Shown: in pieces, positions 47,256 through 56,438 of the stretch | Layout of the letters: the number at the start of each line of letters is the position of its first letter | Numbering within the stretch: position 1 is the first letter of the stretch | Assembly (NCBI GenBank): GCA_051252375.1 | Contig: JBPOFY010000002.1 | Location: 192,001-256,000 of the forward strand | Source of the DNA: Opitutaceae bacterium | GTDB taxonomy: Bacteria > Verrucomicrobiota > Verrucomicrobiia > Opitutales > Coraliomargaritaceae | Length of the DNA: 64,000 nucleotides | Direction: 5' to 3' | The notes under the pieces: model-generated | Seen by the model: the letters and a program-made list of their open reading frames with translations, nothing else | What the model was told of the DNA's origin: nothing | Databases searched by the model: none | Position numbers and translations under genes: made by a program

Positions 47256-48113
47256 ATGGCATTTTCAGCAACAGTTTACCGAATTCTCGTCGCTTCGCCT
47301 GGAGACGTTGGCGAAGAGCGGGATATCATCCCCGAAGTCATAAACGAATGGAACGCAGTTTCATCTTTCGCGACAAAAATAATTTTAATGCCGCTAAAGT
47401 GGGAGTCACATTCGTCGCCACTACTTGGTGGTAGGCCGCAGGAGATAATTAACGAGCAAATCGTCAAAGATGCGGATCTTCTTGTTGGAGTCTTCTGGAC
47501 TCGAATGGGAACGCATACAGGAAAAGCTGTGAGCGGAACTGCGGAAGAGATTCAGCAGTTCGTAGACGCCGAAAAGCCTGTAATGCTTTATTTCTCACAA
47601 TCACCAATCGATCCTGACAAAATTGAAATCGATCAGTTTACTGCACTCAAAAAGTTCAAAGACAAAATGAGACTTAAGGGGTTAACGGAGACTTACTCAG
47701 GGACAATCGACTTCAGGCAACGCTTCACACGGCAGTTGGCAATCAATTTAAATAATCTAATAGATTCCCTTGCGGAAAAGGAGAAAAAGAAGGGCAAACA
47801 ACCTTCGAGAAAAGCAACAACGCTGAAGAAAGAAGCAGTTAAGTCCTTGACCTCTGTTTCAGAGGAAGAAGCAAACAGCTATCTGTTACAGGCGATTGAG
47901 GCTACCTCACGAGACGACGGATGGGCTGATCTCACTGCATTTTCAATCTACTTAAATACCTACACACCCGTTAACTATAAAGATTTCGGATTTAAAAAAC
48001 TAAAGCCTTTTCTGGATTCTACGAAATTGTTCAAATTTAAACAGATCACACCGACCCATCAGGAAATCGCATTAAAGTTAAGTGAAGAAAAGTCAGCTAA
48101 CCAGCCAGGATAG
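47256..48113 (+). CDS. Cassette 3: DUF4062 (TIR-like) domain plus C-terminal OST-HTH/LOTUS-like domain
   Basis: ILVASPGDVGEER, PQEIIN, DLLVGVFWTRMGT, SGTAEE; C-terminal DDGWADL...YKDFGFKKLKPFL. Confidence 0.72.
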   Translation: MAFSATVYRILVASPGDVGEERDIIPEVINEWNAVSSFATKIILMPLKWESHSSPLLGGRPQEIINEQIVKDADLLVGVFWTRMGTHTGKAVSGTAEEIQQFVDAEKPVMLYFSQSPIDPDKIEIDQFTALKKFKDKMRLKGLTETYSGTIDFRQRFTRQLAINLNNLIDSLAEKEKKKGKQPSRKATTLKKEAVKSLTSVSEEEANSYLLQAIEATSRDDGWADLTAFSIYLNTYTPVNYKDFGFKKLKPFLDSTKLFKFKQITPTHQEIALKLSEEKSANQPG

Positions 48114-48149
48114 GCAACGCCGTTGGCGCGCCTACCTTTGACGATCTAC
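48095..48149 (+). mobile_element. attC3 (R' = GATCTAC)
   Basis: AGCTAAC-CAGCCAGGATAGGCAACGCC-GTT-GGCGCGCCTACCTTTGAC-GATCTAC. Confidence 0.88.
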
Positions 48150-48157
48150 AGAAATAA

Positions 48158-48448
48158 ATGAAAGCACCTTTAGACAGTTTAAGCCAAGATGAGTTGATCG
48201 TGCTCTTTGAGTGGCTGAGCGAAAATGAAGAAAAGGAACAAGTCACGATTTCAGACATTTCAGAGCTAATCGTCCTAGATCGAATCCATGGGATTCTCGA
48301 AAAAGAATTAGCAGAGCCATTCGATAGCGATTGGGGTGACATCCTTGGAGGAGCAAAATTCAGGATAAAAAAGGAATTTGAAGATAAGATGGGGACTGAA
48401 ACTTGGCTCCATGAACTGTCGAAAAAACACAACCAACAGACCAAATGA
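48158..48448 (+). CDS. Cassette 4: small acidic hypothetical protein
   Basis: 96-aa ORF bounded by GATCTAC/GTAGATC. Confidence 0.78.
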   Translation: MKAPLDSLSQDELIVLFEWLSENEEKEQVTISDISELIVLDRIHGILEKELAEPFDSDWGDILGGAKFRIKKEFEDKMGTETWLHELSKKHNQQTK

Positions 48449-48451
48449 AGC

Positions 48452-48517
48452 GTAGATCCAGGCAGGATAGGACAATTCCGTTCGTGCCTCACTCCATGCC
48501 TACCTTTGACGTTGGCT
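48452..48517 (+). mobile_element. attC4 (R'' = GTAGATC)
   Basis: GTAGATC-CAGGCAGGATAGGACAA...TGCCTACCTTTGAC-GTTGGCT; arms nearly identical to attC3. Confidence 0.88.
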
Positions 48518-48526
48518 AATTAAATA

Positions 48527-49726
48527 ATGAAAGAAAAATTTCCAGGTCACTTCAAATTATCAGACGAAGAAATTCGAAACATGTGGGAGGATGGAATTTT
48601 CGTCTTGGACGCTAATATACTTCTGAATCTCTATCGCTATTCAGATGACACAAGAAGGCAGTTCCTGAAGATCCTGCGTCGTCTCAAGAGTCGTGTTTGG
48701 ATTCCACATCAAGCCGCCAAAGAATACCTAAAGAACAGATTAGGAGTGATTGGGCAGCAAGAGAAGGCCTATGAACAGACCATTGATGCGATCGGAAAAA
48801 TCGAGACCGACCTCAAGAGCAAAAGGCAGCACCCTTTTCTTTCAGACAAATCACTTGAAAGCCTGTGCAAGAGTTTTGATGCCGTTAAGAAGGAATTAGA
48901 CAAAAGCAAGTCGAGCCATACTACTCTTATCGCTGATGATAAGATCTTAGACTCTATTGAAAGGCTTATTGGTGGCAGAATTGGTGATGGGTTCGACGAG
49001 AAGGTTTTAGAGTCTATAGCTAAAGAGGGAGAGACCCGATATGCATCGAACATTCCTCCAGGGTATAAGGATGCATCGAAGAAATCAGAAGGAGACCCCT
49101 ATCGTAAATTTGGAGATCTAATCATTTGGAAAGAGGTGATAGAAAAGGCCAAATCTGAGAACAAAAATATAATACTCGTCTTAGACGATAAGAAAGAAGA
49201 TTGGTGGCTTAAGTTCCAAGGCAACACCATTGGCCCACAACCCGAACTCACAGAGGAATTTATTAAGGAGACTGGTCAGAAGTTTCACATGTATGTCGCA
49301 GACAGATTTTTAGCCTACGCTGGTGAGTTTCTTCAAGAAGACGTTTCCGTTCCAGCTCTTGAGGAACTCAAGAAATTGCGAGAACTTGAGGAATTTAAAA
49401 ATCGAAGAAAACGTGAGATGATGCGCAGAAGGCGCATGAAGGAGCGTAACCAAATGCTCAGAGAAGAGCTACCTGAGATTGAAGCCGAGCTATCGATGCT
49501 AAAGCAACAGCGAAGATTCTTTGATGATGAGATGAAGCACCTTCATGAAAACAACCCTGAAAGAGCTAATCACGAGTTTAGGAGGTCTAGAGAGAGAGTA
49601 ATCGAATTAGAGGAAAGAGAGATGATGCTTAAAGAAAAGATGCATCACATAATGTCGGAGCTATCAGATCTTGAAAGCTACGAAGAAAAACGAGAGCCAA
49701 CAAGGCGATGGAGGACAACGATTTAG
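48527..49726 (+). CDS. Cassette 5: PIN-like domain (DUF4935/PIN_8 type) with C-terminal coiled coil
   Basis: FVLDANILLNLYRYS, WIPHQ, IPPGYKD, GDLIIWKE, DDKKEDWW; E/R/K-rich tail. Confidence 0.78.
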   Translation: MKEKFPGHFKLSDEEIRNMWEDGIFVLDANILLNLYRYSDDTRRQFLKILRRLKSRVWIPHQAAKEYLKNRLGVIGQQEKAYEQTIDAIGKIETDLKSKRQHPFLSDKSLESLCKSFDAVKKELDKSKSSHTTLIADDKILDSIERLIGGRIGDGFDEKVLESIAKEGETRYASNIPPGYKDASKKSEGDPYRKFGDLIIWKEVIEKAKSENKNIILVLDDKKEDWWLKFQGNTIGPQPELTEEFIKETGQKFHMYVADRFLAYAGEFLQEDVSVPALEELKKLRELEEFKNRRKREMMRRRRMKERNQMLREELPEIEAELSMLKQQRRFFDDEMKHLHENNPERANHEFRRSRERVIELEEREMMLKEKMHHIMSELSDLESYEEKREPTRRWRTTI

Positions 49727-49763
49727 GCTGCGCCTAAATCGTGCCTCATCTCGACGATTCTGC
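49695..49763 (+). mobile_element. attC5 (R' = GATTCTGC)
   Basis: AGCCAAC-AAGGCGATGGAGGACAACGATTTAGGC-TGC-GCCTAAATCGTGCCTCATCTCGAC-GATTCTGC. Confidence 0.9.
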
Positions 49764-49804
49764 GAAAAAATGAGAAGCTAATCTGGAGACAAAACTAAAC
49801 TAAA

Positions 49805-50473
49805 ATGAACAATCTAACTATATCATCAGACACAAAAGGCGTTAGTTTAGCACTTGGCGACCTTTGCAATATCTTTTCACAAATTGAAGCCTTATCGATC
49901 GCCTGCCACGAATATGAGACTCGTCACCATTATTCCGAATATAAGGAAAGGCACATCGAATTACCACTGACCCAAGGATTAGTGGCCGCATGCCTAGACT
50001 CGTATTTCAACGGATACTTCAGGATTTCGAATTTATATAACGGCCTCCATAGGGAGTATGAGTATCGGCAGTTTGGAACTGAAAATGGCCAAGCTTCGAT
50101 TGCACAAATCAGAATTTACAATCAGGTGCTGATCAATCGAACCATTCAACCGAAGAGCTATTCAAGGTCCGGTGTAGAGTATTTTACTTACAAGAACCCG
50201 ATAAAGGTCAAGCTAACTACAAAGGGGACAATAAAAGCGCTAGCAGTTGCCGTCATCATTTGCGGGGGAGAGATAGATCTGAAAAGCGGTAAGGCCAAGA
50301 TGCCAGGATTAATATCAGCTGTTGAGAGGTTAGCAGAACTTTCTATTAAGCTTGAACAAAATGAATCAAGCCCATCGACAGAAGACCTCTCAGAATATCC
50401 ATTTCCATCCCCGATTAAAGATTACGTCGAATCACTGCCTTATGATGACTATGATCTGCTAAAAGAAGACTAA
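49805..50473 (+). CDS. Cassette 6: hypothetical protein
   Basis: 222-aa ORF between attC5 and attC6; no motif recognised. Confidence 0.7.
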   Translation: MNNLTISSDTKGVSLALGDLCNIFSQIEALSIACHEYETRHHYSEYKERHIELPLTQGLVAACLDSYFNGYFRISNLYNGLHREYEYRQFGTENGQASIAQIRIYNQVLINRTIQPKSYSRSGVEYFTYKNPIKVKLTTKGTIKALAVAVIICGGEIDLKSGKAKMPGLISAVERLAELSIKLEQNESSPSTEDLSEYPFPSPIKDYVESLPYDDYDLLKED

Positions 50474-50537
50474 ATTTATTCTCTGAGAGAGCTAAACGAT
50501 TACTTAGATTATCAAAAAAATCCTAGACATATTGATC

Positions 50538-50609
50538 GCAGAACCAGACGGAGTGAGACAACGACATTACGGCTCCGCCTCCATGTCGCGCTCATCCTCC
50601 ACGTTCACA
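50538..50609 (+). mobile_element. attC6
   Basis: GCAGAAC-CAGACGGAGTGAGACAACGACAT...ATGTCGCGCTCATCCTCCAC-GTTCACA. Confidence 0.9.
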
Positions 50610-50611
50610 GA

Positions 50612-51052
50612 ATGAAAATCCTACAATCAATACCTCTTGTAATATTTGTGATTCTTTCGACGGCATGCTCAGAACAAGAAGAAAAATTTTCGGGCGTTTG
50701 GCGCTTTGAGTGGAACGAAACCGACCGAGCAATGAACGCTGGCTACACAGAAAAACAAAAAGAAGAAGTAGTCCGCATCACCCTTAATTTTAAGAAACAG
50801 GACACACTGTTCTACGACTACGCCGAGATGGTGAGTGGCCTAGAGGGTGAATTCGCGAGGTTATACAAAGTCGATTGGAAAGAAGACGGAAGCTTTTGGA
50901 TTCAGCAAGAGTCTGGATATCGCAAAATTGACGTGCATTTTGAAATCAAAGAATCAGGGCTACTTTATGTCACATTTCCCCTTGAACCAGGACTTGAGCT
51001 AGATGAAATCATTTGGGTCTTCACAAAGGAAGGTGTGAACCAGTCGCGGTAG
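50612..51052 (+). CDS. Cassette 7: hypothetical lipoprotein
   Basis: Lipobox-like STAC; bounded by GTTCACA/TGTGAAC. Confidence 0.78.
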   Translation: MKILQSIPLVIFVILSTACSEQEEKFSGVWRFEWNETDRAMNAGYTEKQKEEVVRITLNFKKQDTLFYDYAEMVSGLEGEFARLYKVDWKEDGSFWIQQESGYRKIDVHFEIKESGLLYVTFPLEPGLELDEIIWVFTKEGVNQSR

Positions 51053-51103
51053 TCAACTCCGGTTCGCTCCGCTCACCTCCGTTACTACGCTCTACGATTA
51101 TAG
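51034..51103 (+). mobile_element. attC7 (R' = GATTATAG)
   Basis: TGTGAAC-CAGTCGCGGTAGTCAAC...GTTACTACGCTCTAC-GATTATAG. Confidence 0.88.
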
Positions 51104-51105
51104 AA

Positions 51106-51547
<442 letters not shown>

Positions 51548-51554
51548 ATGAAAT

Positions 51555-53300
51555 CTAATCCGAGATCGGTTCGAAGATGACTGCCTTCAAGTTGAAGAGT
51601 GCCTTCCCCTGCTGCTTCCCGAAGCCGACGGTCGCTTTTGCGGTGCCGACTTGATTGAGCTTGATCGTTCCGGCTTCTAATAATTGGAAATCCTCCCAAT
51701 CCTTAGTGGGTTTCACTTGAGCAGAGAGTGACTGACCACCAACCCGGAGCAGCACATCGCTGCCACCATAGCCATTCGCACAGGAATACAGATATTTGAC
51801 GGCGTAGGTGCCGGGAGCCGGCACGTTGAGCGTCCATGAGGCAGTCTCTTTCGAATCTGTCCAAAAACCGATGTAGCTGTCCGCTTGCATCCGAATCGTC
51901 GACCCATGAAGTTCCGCGTTCGTTGCTTGGAGCATGAGCTCGTCTCCCTTCAGACCGAGATCCAGCGAAGGTGCCGCGTTACTTTTTTGTAGGCCACTGT
52001 ATTTGATCCGCAGCACTGTGGCTTGTGGCGTCTGAGTTGCCTTTGACAAATCGATTTCCAAACCACTCGACTGAGCGCTGGATGCGAGAGCAGATCCTGC
52101 ATAACTTGAGACTTTGATTGAGTCAGCCTGAAGACCTTTCACGAGGAGTGCGCCATCCTTGGGCCAATTAAAGATATAGGCAAAGATCTCGCCCTGCTCT
52201 GCAGTCGACGTTTCGGATTGTGCGAGTTTGCCCCAGGTTTGTTCGGGAAGATTCACATACTCCGTGCCCCAAACAGCTTCGCTGTGCTGCCGATTCCATT
52301 CCCCCATTTGAAGAAGCAATTCGGTCGAGCCTTCGGGCCAAGAGCCGTCCGCATACGGACCGACATTGAGCAATAGATTGCCGCCTTTGGTATTAATATC
52401 GATCTGCTTCTGCACGAGCGTATCGATGTCTTTCCACTTAGTATCACTCTGCTTGTAGCCCCAAGAGTGGTTCACTGTCCAACAAGCCTCCCAGAAGTGA
52501 TCGAGCGCGGCGCCTGGCGTGGAATTCTCTGGAGTGCCGTAGTCCTTTTTAAACTCCTTACGCTTGGCGACACGGTTGTTGATAATCATGTCGGGGCTCA
52601 ATTCGCGAAGGTAGTTATAGAGATCAACACCGTCTTCCATCGTCCACCACTTCGCCCAATCGCCGTCAAACCACATGATCGCGGGATCATAATTATCGAT
52701 CAACTCTTTGAGCTGGGCTTTCATGTATGTGACGTAACCGGCTTTGTCGTTCATCGGCGGTTGGTTATGCGCCTTCTCCGTAATCTGCGATGGGTGGTGC
52801 CAATCAATAATCGAATAGTAAGTGCCAAACTTGAGTCCGTATTTATCGCAGGCGGCTTTTAGCTCGCCGAGAATGTCGCGATCAAAGTCCGTCGCCTCGC
52901 CGAGGTCATACTCGGTGTAAGCACTATCCCAGAGACAGAAACCTTCATGGTGCTTGGTCGTGATGACCATGTATTTCATACCCGCTTCTATCGCGGTCTT
53001 TACCCATAGCTCAGCGTCGAGCTTCTCGGGATTAAAATTCACCGCGAGCGGGATGTATTCTTCGGGAGTGATCTTCCCCCAACGTTGTATCCATTCAGCA
53101 TAGCCACCAACCGACTCACCATTCCATTCACCTCCGAGCGTGGAATACACGCCATAGTGGATAAAGAGACCAAACTGCGCATCATTGAACCACTGCATGC
53201 GCTCTTCGAACGCAGCGTCCGTCTCGGGTATGATCTCAGCTGCGCGGATGGGGCTAATGACCGCCAACGCGGCCGCGAGGAATGTGAGGGTCTTCTTCAT
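51555..53300 (-). CDS. Alpha-L-fucosidase (GH29) with C-terminal CBM-like domain
   Basis: FGLFIHYG, TTKHHEGFCLW, MWFDG, KGGNLLLNVGP; signal peptide; C-terminal beta-sandwich (PTKDWEDF). Confidence 0.9.
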   Translation of the reverse strand: MKKTLTFLAAALAVISPIRAAEIIPETDAAFEERMQWFNDAQFGLFIHYGVYSTLGGEWNGESVGGYAEWIQRWGKITPEEYIPLAVNFNPEKLDAELWVKTAIEAGMKYMVITTKHHEGFCLWDSAYTEYDLGEATDFDRDILGELKAACDKYGLKFGTYYSIIDWHHPSQITEKAHNQPPMNDKAGYVTYMKAQLKELIDNYDPAIMWFDGDWAKWWTMEDGVDLYNYLRELSPDMIINNRVAKRKEFKKDYGTPENSTPGAALDHFWEACWTVNHSWGYKQSDTKWKDIDTLVQKQIDINTKGGNLLLNVGPYADGSWPEGSTELLLQMGEWNRQHSEAVWGTEYVNLPEQTWGKLAQSETSTAEQGEIFAYIFNWPKDGALLVKGLQADSIKVSSYAGSALASSAQSSGLEIDLSKATQTPQATVLRIKYSGLQKSNAAPSLDLGLKGDELMLQATNAELHGSTIRMQADSYIGFWTDSKETASWTLNVPAPGTYAVKYLYSCANGYGGSDVLLRVGGQSLSAQVKPTKDWEDFQLLEAGTIKLNQVGTAKATVGFGKQQGKALFNLKAVIFEPISD

Positions 53301-53301
53301 A

Positions 53302-54744
53302 TTATAGTTCCTTTTTGCGCTCAGCAGAAAATAGTTTCGGATCTACTTCAGTCGGCAAAGTTGCCATCCAGACGTGCAATTTTTCAGTCAGCTCCGAGAC
53401 GACTTCAGGGTGCGATTTCTTGATGTCGTTTTGCTCCAATGGGTCGCGACTGATGTCGTAGAGTTGAATCTCCTTGAAGTTTAAATCCGCAAGCAACTTC
53501 CACTTTTGATCGATGATCACATAATCATCCGAACTGGCACGACCGCTGACCACAGATTGCTTTTTCCAGAAAAGTGGCTTTTCGCGAAGCGACTTTGGCT
53601 CCCCCTTCAAAACAGAGACTTGGCTCACGCCATCCAGCTCGAGGTCTGCAGGAAGCTCCGCCCCTGCGATTTCGCAAAAGGTCGGAAGGAGATCGACAGC
53701 AGAAATCCAGGAGGTGTCTTCGACTGCACCAACAGCAACATGCCCGGGCCAGCGCACGAGGAACGGCACGCCGATGCCGCCCTGGTAGGCATTGGTCTTG
53801 CGTCCCTTACGACCAGCGGTGGTGCCGACTGCAGCGCCGAGATTGTAGCCCTCTCCGGTGGCGGTGTCATACGAGAGCTTCAGCTCTGGAAGCTTGCCGC
53901 CACTGCCTGCGGGACCGTTATCTGAACTAAAGATAACCAATGTGTTTTCAGTCAGCCCTAGGCGGTCGAGTGCGTCCAAGACTTCGCCGATACGATCATC
54001 TGCGTGGGAAAGCACCGAGGCATAAATATTGTCTGCTTCGGGCAAATCAGGGAAACGGTCGCGGTATTCTTGAACCGTATGAAATGGTGTGTGCGGCTCA
54101 TGCACCCAGAGGTTAATAAAGAAAGGCTTACCTGCTGCCTGGCTTTTCTCGATCAGCTTAATCGCGTTCTTCGCATCGTCATGCACGGGCATTTGTTCAC
54201 CAGAGCAATTGAACGCACCGACCATGTCATAGCCATAGACTTCCGGGCGTGGAGAGTCGGGAATCATGTCGTTCGCCAAGTGCCATTTACCAAAGTGCCC
54301 AGTCATATAGCCAGCACCTTGTAGGATACGTGGCAACATCGGCAGATCAGGATCGACCCAGTCAGGCATGTTGCGGCGTGCATTGTCTTTCACCCATGCA
54401 AAGTGCCCCGTCACGCCGACGCGCGCAGGAAAACGTCCGGTCATCACTGCAGTGCGACTCGGCGAGCAGACGCCACTCGCGACAGTGAAGTTTTGAAAGT
54501 CGGTGCCCTCTTTAGCCAAGCGATCGATGTTTGGTGTCTTAATATAAGGATGACCGTGACAACTTAGGTCGCCCCAACCCCAGTCGTCGGAAAAGATAAA
54601 CAGTATATTTGGTTTCGACAGGCTCACCACAGGTGGTTTCGACCCTTCGACTACGCTCAGAGCAGGCTCTTTGTGGTGCGCCGCAAAGGCACTGGCGGCG
54701 CTAGTGATCAGAAGAACAGAGAATAGCAGCTGTCTTATTTTCAT
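53302..54744 (-). CDS. Secreted sulfatase (S1)
   Basis: SDDWGWGD, CSPSRTAVMTG, GKWHL. Confidence 0.92.
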   Translation of the reverse strand: MKIRQLLFSVLLITSAASAFAAHHKEPALSVVEGSKPPVVSLSKPNILFIFSDDWGWGDLSCHGHPYIKTPNIDRLAKEGTDFQNFTVASGVCSPSRTAVMTGRFPARVGVTGHFAWVKDNARRNMPDWVDPDLPMLPRILQGAGYMTGHFGKWHLANDMIPDSPRPEVYGYDMVGAFNCSGEQMPVHDDAKNAIKLIEKSQAAGKPFFINLWVHEPHTPFHTVQEYRDRFPDLPEADNIYASVLSHADDRIGEVLDALDRLGLTENTLVIFSSDNGPAGSGGKLPELKLSYDTATGEGYNLGAAVGTTAGRKGRKTNAYQGGIGVPFLVRWPGHVAVGAVEDTSWISAVDLLPTFCEIAGAELPADLELDGVSQVSVLKGEPKSLREKPLFWKKQSVVSGRASSDDYVIIDQKWKLLADLNFKEIQLYDISRDPLEQNDIKKSHPEVVSELTEKLHVWMATLPTEVDPKLFSAERKKEL

Positions 54745-54820
54745 ATTATATGGAGTTGGTTATTTGTATTTAAATGAGTGCAGTATCGATGCTTTAGAAG
54801 ATGGGTCACAGTCGAACGCC

Positions 54821-56314
54821 TTACATTTTCTTCGGCGTCCAATCAGGAATCCCCTGCTCTGCTTTTTGTTTTTTATAAAGCTTAGGAAAGGGTTGATTCG
54901 GACCGGAAACACTCGGGAGGCCTTCATTGACCATCAACGGCAGCGCGGAAGTCCACCACTGCTCGTAAGACTTGCGAAGTTGCTGAACAACTTCGGGATA
55001 CTTGTCCGCGACATCGGTCGTCTCGCCTGGATCATTCTCGATATCATAGAGCTCCTTATTATTCGTGAATCGCCACTTTTCAGTGCGGACTGCGCACTTT
55101 TGAAATTTAAAGGCGTCGCGTTTTCCTGCTGGCCAACGCCCGCAGTGAAAGAAGAGTTCACGGTCAGACCACTCAGCGTTGGGGTCTTTAATCAACGGCA
55201 ATAAGGAACGACCATCGAGATCCTGCATCTTCTTAGGAAGCTGCGCATCCGCCAACTGGACAAAGGTTTTATACATGTCGATGTGGGCAGTCAGCACGTC
55301 GATATCGACGCCGGGCTTGAGCACGCCTTTCCACTGCCAGAAAGCCGGCACGTGACTACCTCCTTCGTTGGGAGAGTTTTTGCCACCACGCATATTGGCA
55401 TTAAAGGGTCTAAACTTTTCCTTGTTGTGCCTGATCGTCGGCATGGACATGCCGTTATCCGTCATGAAAATAACGATGGTGTTTTCCAACGCGCCCCACT
55501 CTTCGAGCAGCGACATCATGTGCCCAAAGTTGTCGTCGATGTTTTCGATCATGCCGTAGCGAGCGGCAGTCTTCTTATCATAGCCAGCATCGAGGAAACG
55601 TTTTTTATACTCAGCCGGTGCGACATGCGGACCATGCGGTGCGTTGAGCGAAATATAAGCAAAGTATGGCTGCTTGCTCGCATGCTGCTCTTGAATCCAA
55701 CCTTCGGCTGCATCAAAAAAGACGTCGGTGCAAAAGCCTTTGGTCTGCACAACAGTGTCATTATGCAAAAGCACATTATCGGTATATTCGTTCCCACCAT
55801 TAGTCGGAAAATCGCCGAGACCTGTTTGCCCGATACCACCGGCACCGTGCATGAGCACTTCATCGAAACCACGACTTTGCGGCAAATACTCCGGCTCATC
55901 TCCTAGGTGCCATTTGCCAAAGAGTCCCGTCGCATAGCCCGCGCTCTTCAACATCTGCGGCATGGTATACACTTCCTGCGCCATACGCTCGCGCTGCAAG
56001 ATCGTGTGGGTAATCCCTACCTTGAACGGGAAACGACCACTCATCAGCGCGGCACGCGTCGGCGCACAGGTAGGGCTCACCTGAAAGTCGGTAAAGCGCG
56101 TGGCACCTTCGTAAAACTTATCGATATGTGGCGTGCGCACGATCTCATTGCCCATACAGGAAAGATCGCCCATGCCTTGATCGTCTGTCAGCACGAATAT
56201 GATATTGGGACGACTGCCCTCAAGCGCCCGAGGTGACAATGCCTCAACGCTATGAAAGCTTAGAGACAGCGTGAATAGACAAACGAAGAATCGGGTAATT
56301 GTAGGAGCACTCAT
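54821..56314 (-). CDS. Secreted sulfatase (S1)
   Basis: TDDQGMGD, CAPTRAALMSG, GKWHLG. Confidence 0.92.
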   Translation of the reverse strand: MSAPTITRFFVCLFTLSLSFHSVEALSPRALEGSRPNIIFVLTDDQGMGDLSCMGNEIVRTPHIDKFYEGATRFTDFQVSPTCAPTRAALMSGRFPFKVGITHTILQRERMAQEVYTMPQMLKSAGYATGLFGKWHLGDEPEYLPQSRGFDEVLMHGAGGIGQTGLGDFPTNGGNEYTDNVLLHNDTVVQTKGFCTDVFFDAAEGWIQEQHASKQPYFAYISLNAPHGPHVAPAEYKKRFLDAGYDKKTAARYGMIENIDDNFGHMMSLLEEWGALENTIVIFMTDNGMSMPTIRHNKEKFRPFNANMRGGKNSPNEGGSHVPAFWQWKGVLKPGVDIDVLTAHIDMYKTFVQLADAQLPKKMQDLDGRSLLPLIKDPNAEWSDRELFFHCGRWPAGKRDAFKFQKCAVRTEKWRFTNNKELYDIENDPGETTDVADKYPEVVQQLRKSYEQWWTSALPLMVNEGLPSVSGPNQPFPKLYKKQKAEQGIPDWTPKKM

Positions 56315-56438
56315 ATCAAAAAGGGATCTGCGAGCAAAAGCTCGAACTCTAGTGGTTTAATTAAATGTCTCTATATATTAACACGTGGTAGCGCGAACTG
56401 CACCACACTTTTGCGTGATGCGCCCGCGTAAATACTCG

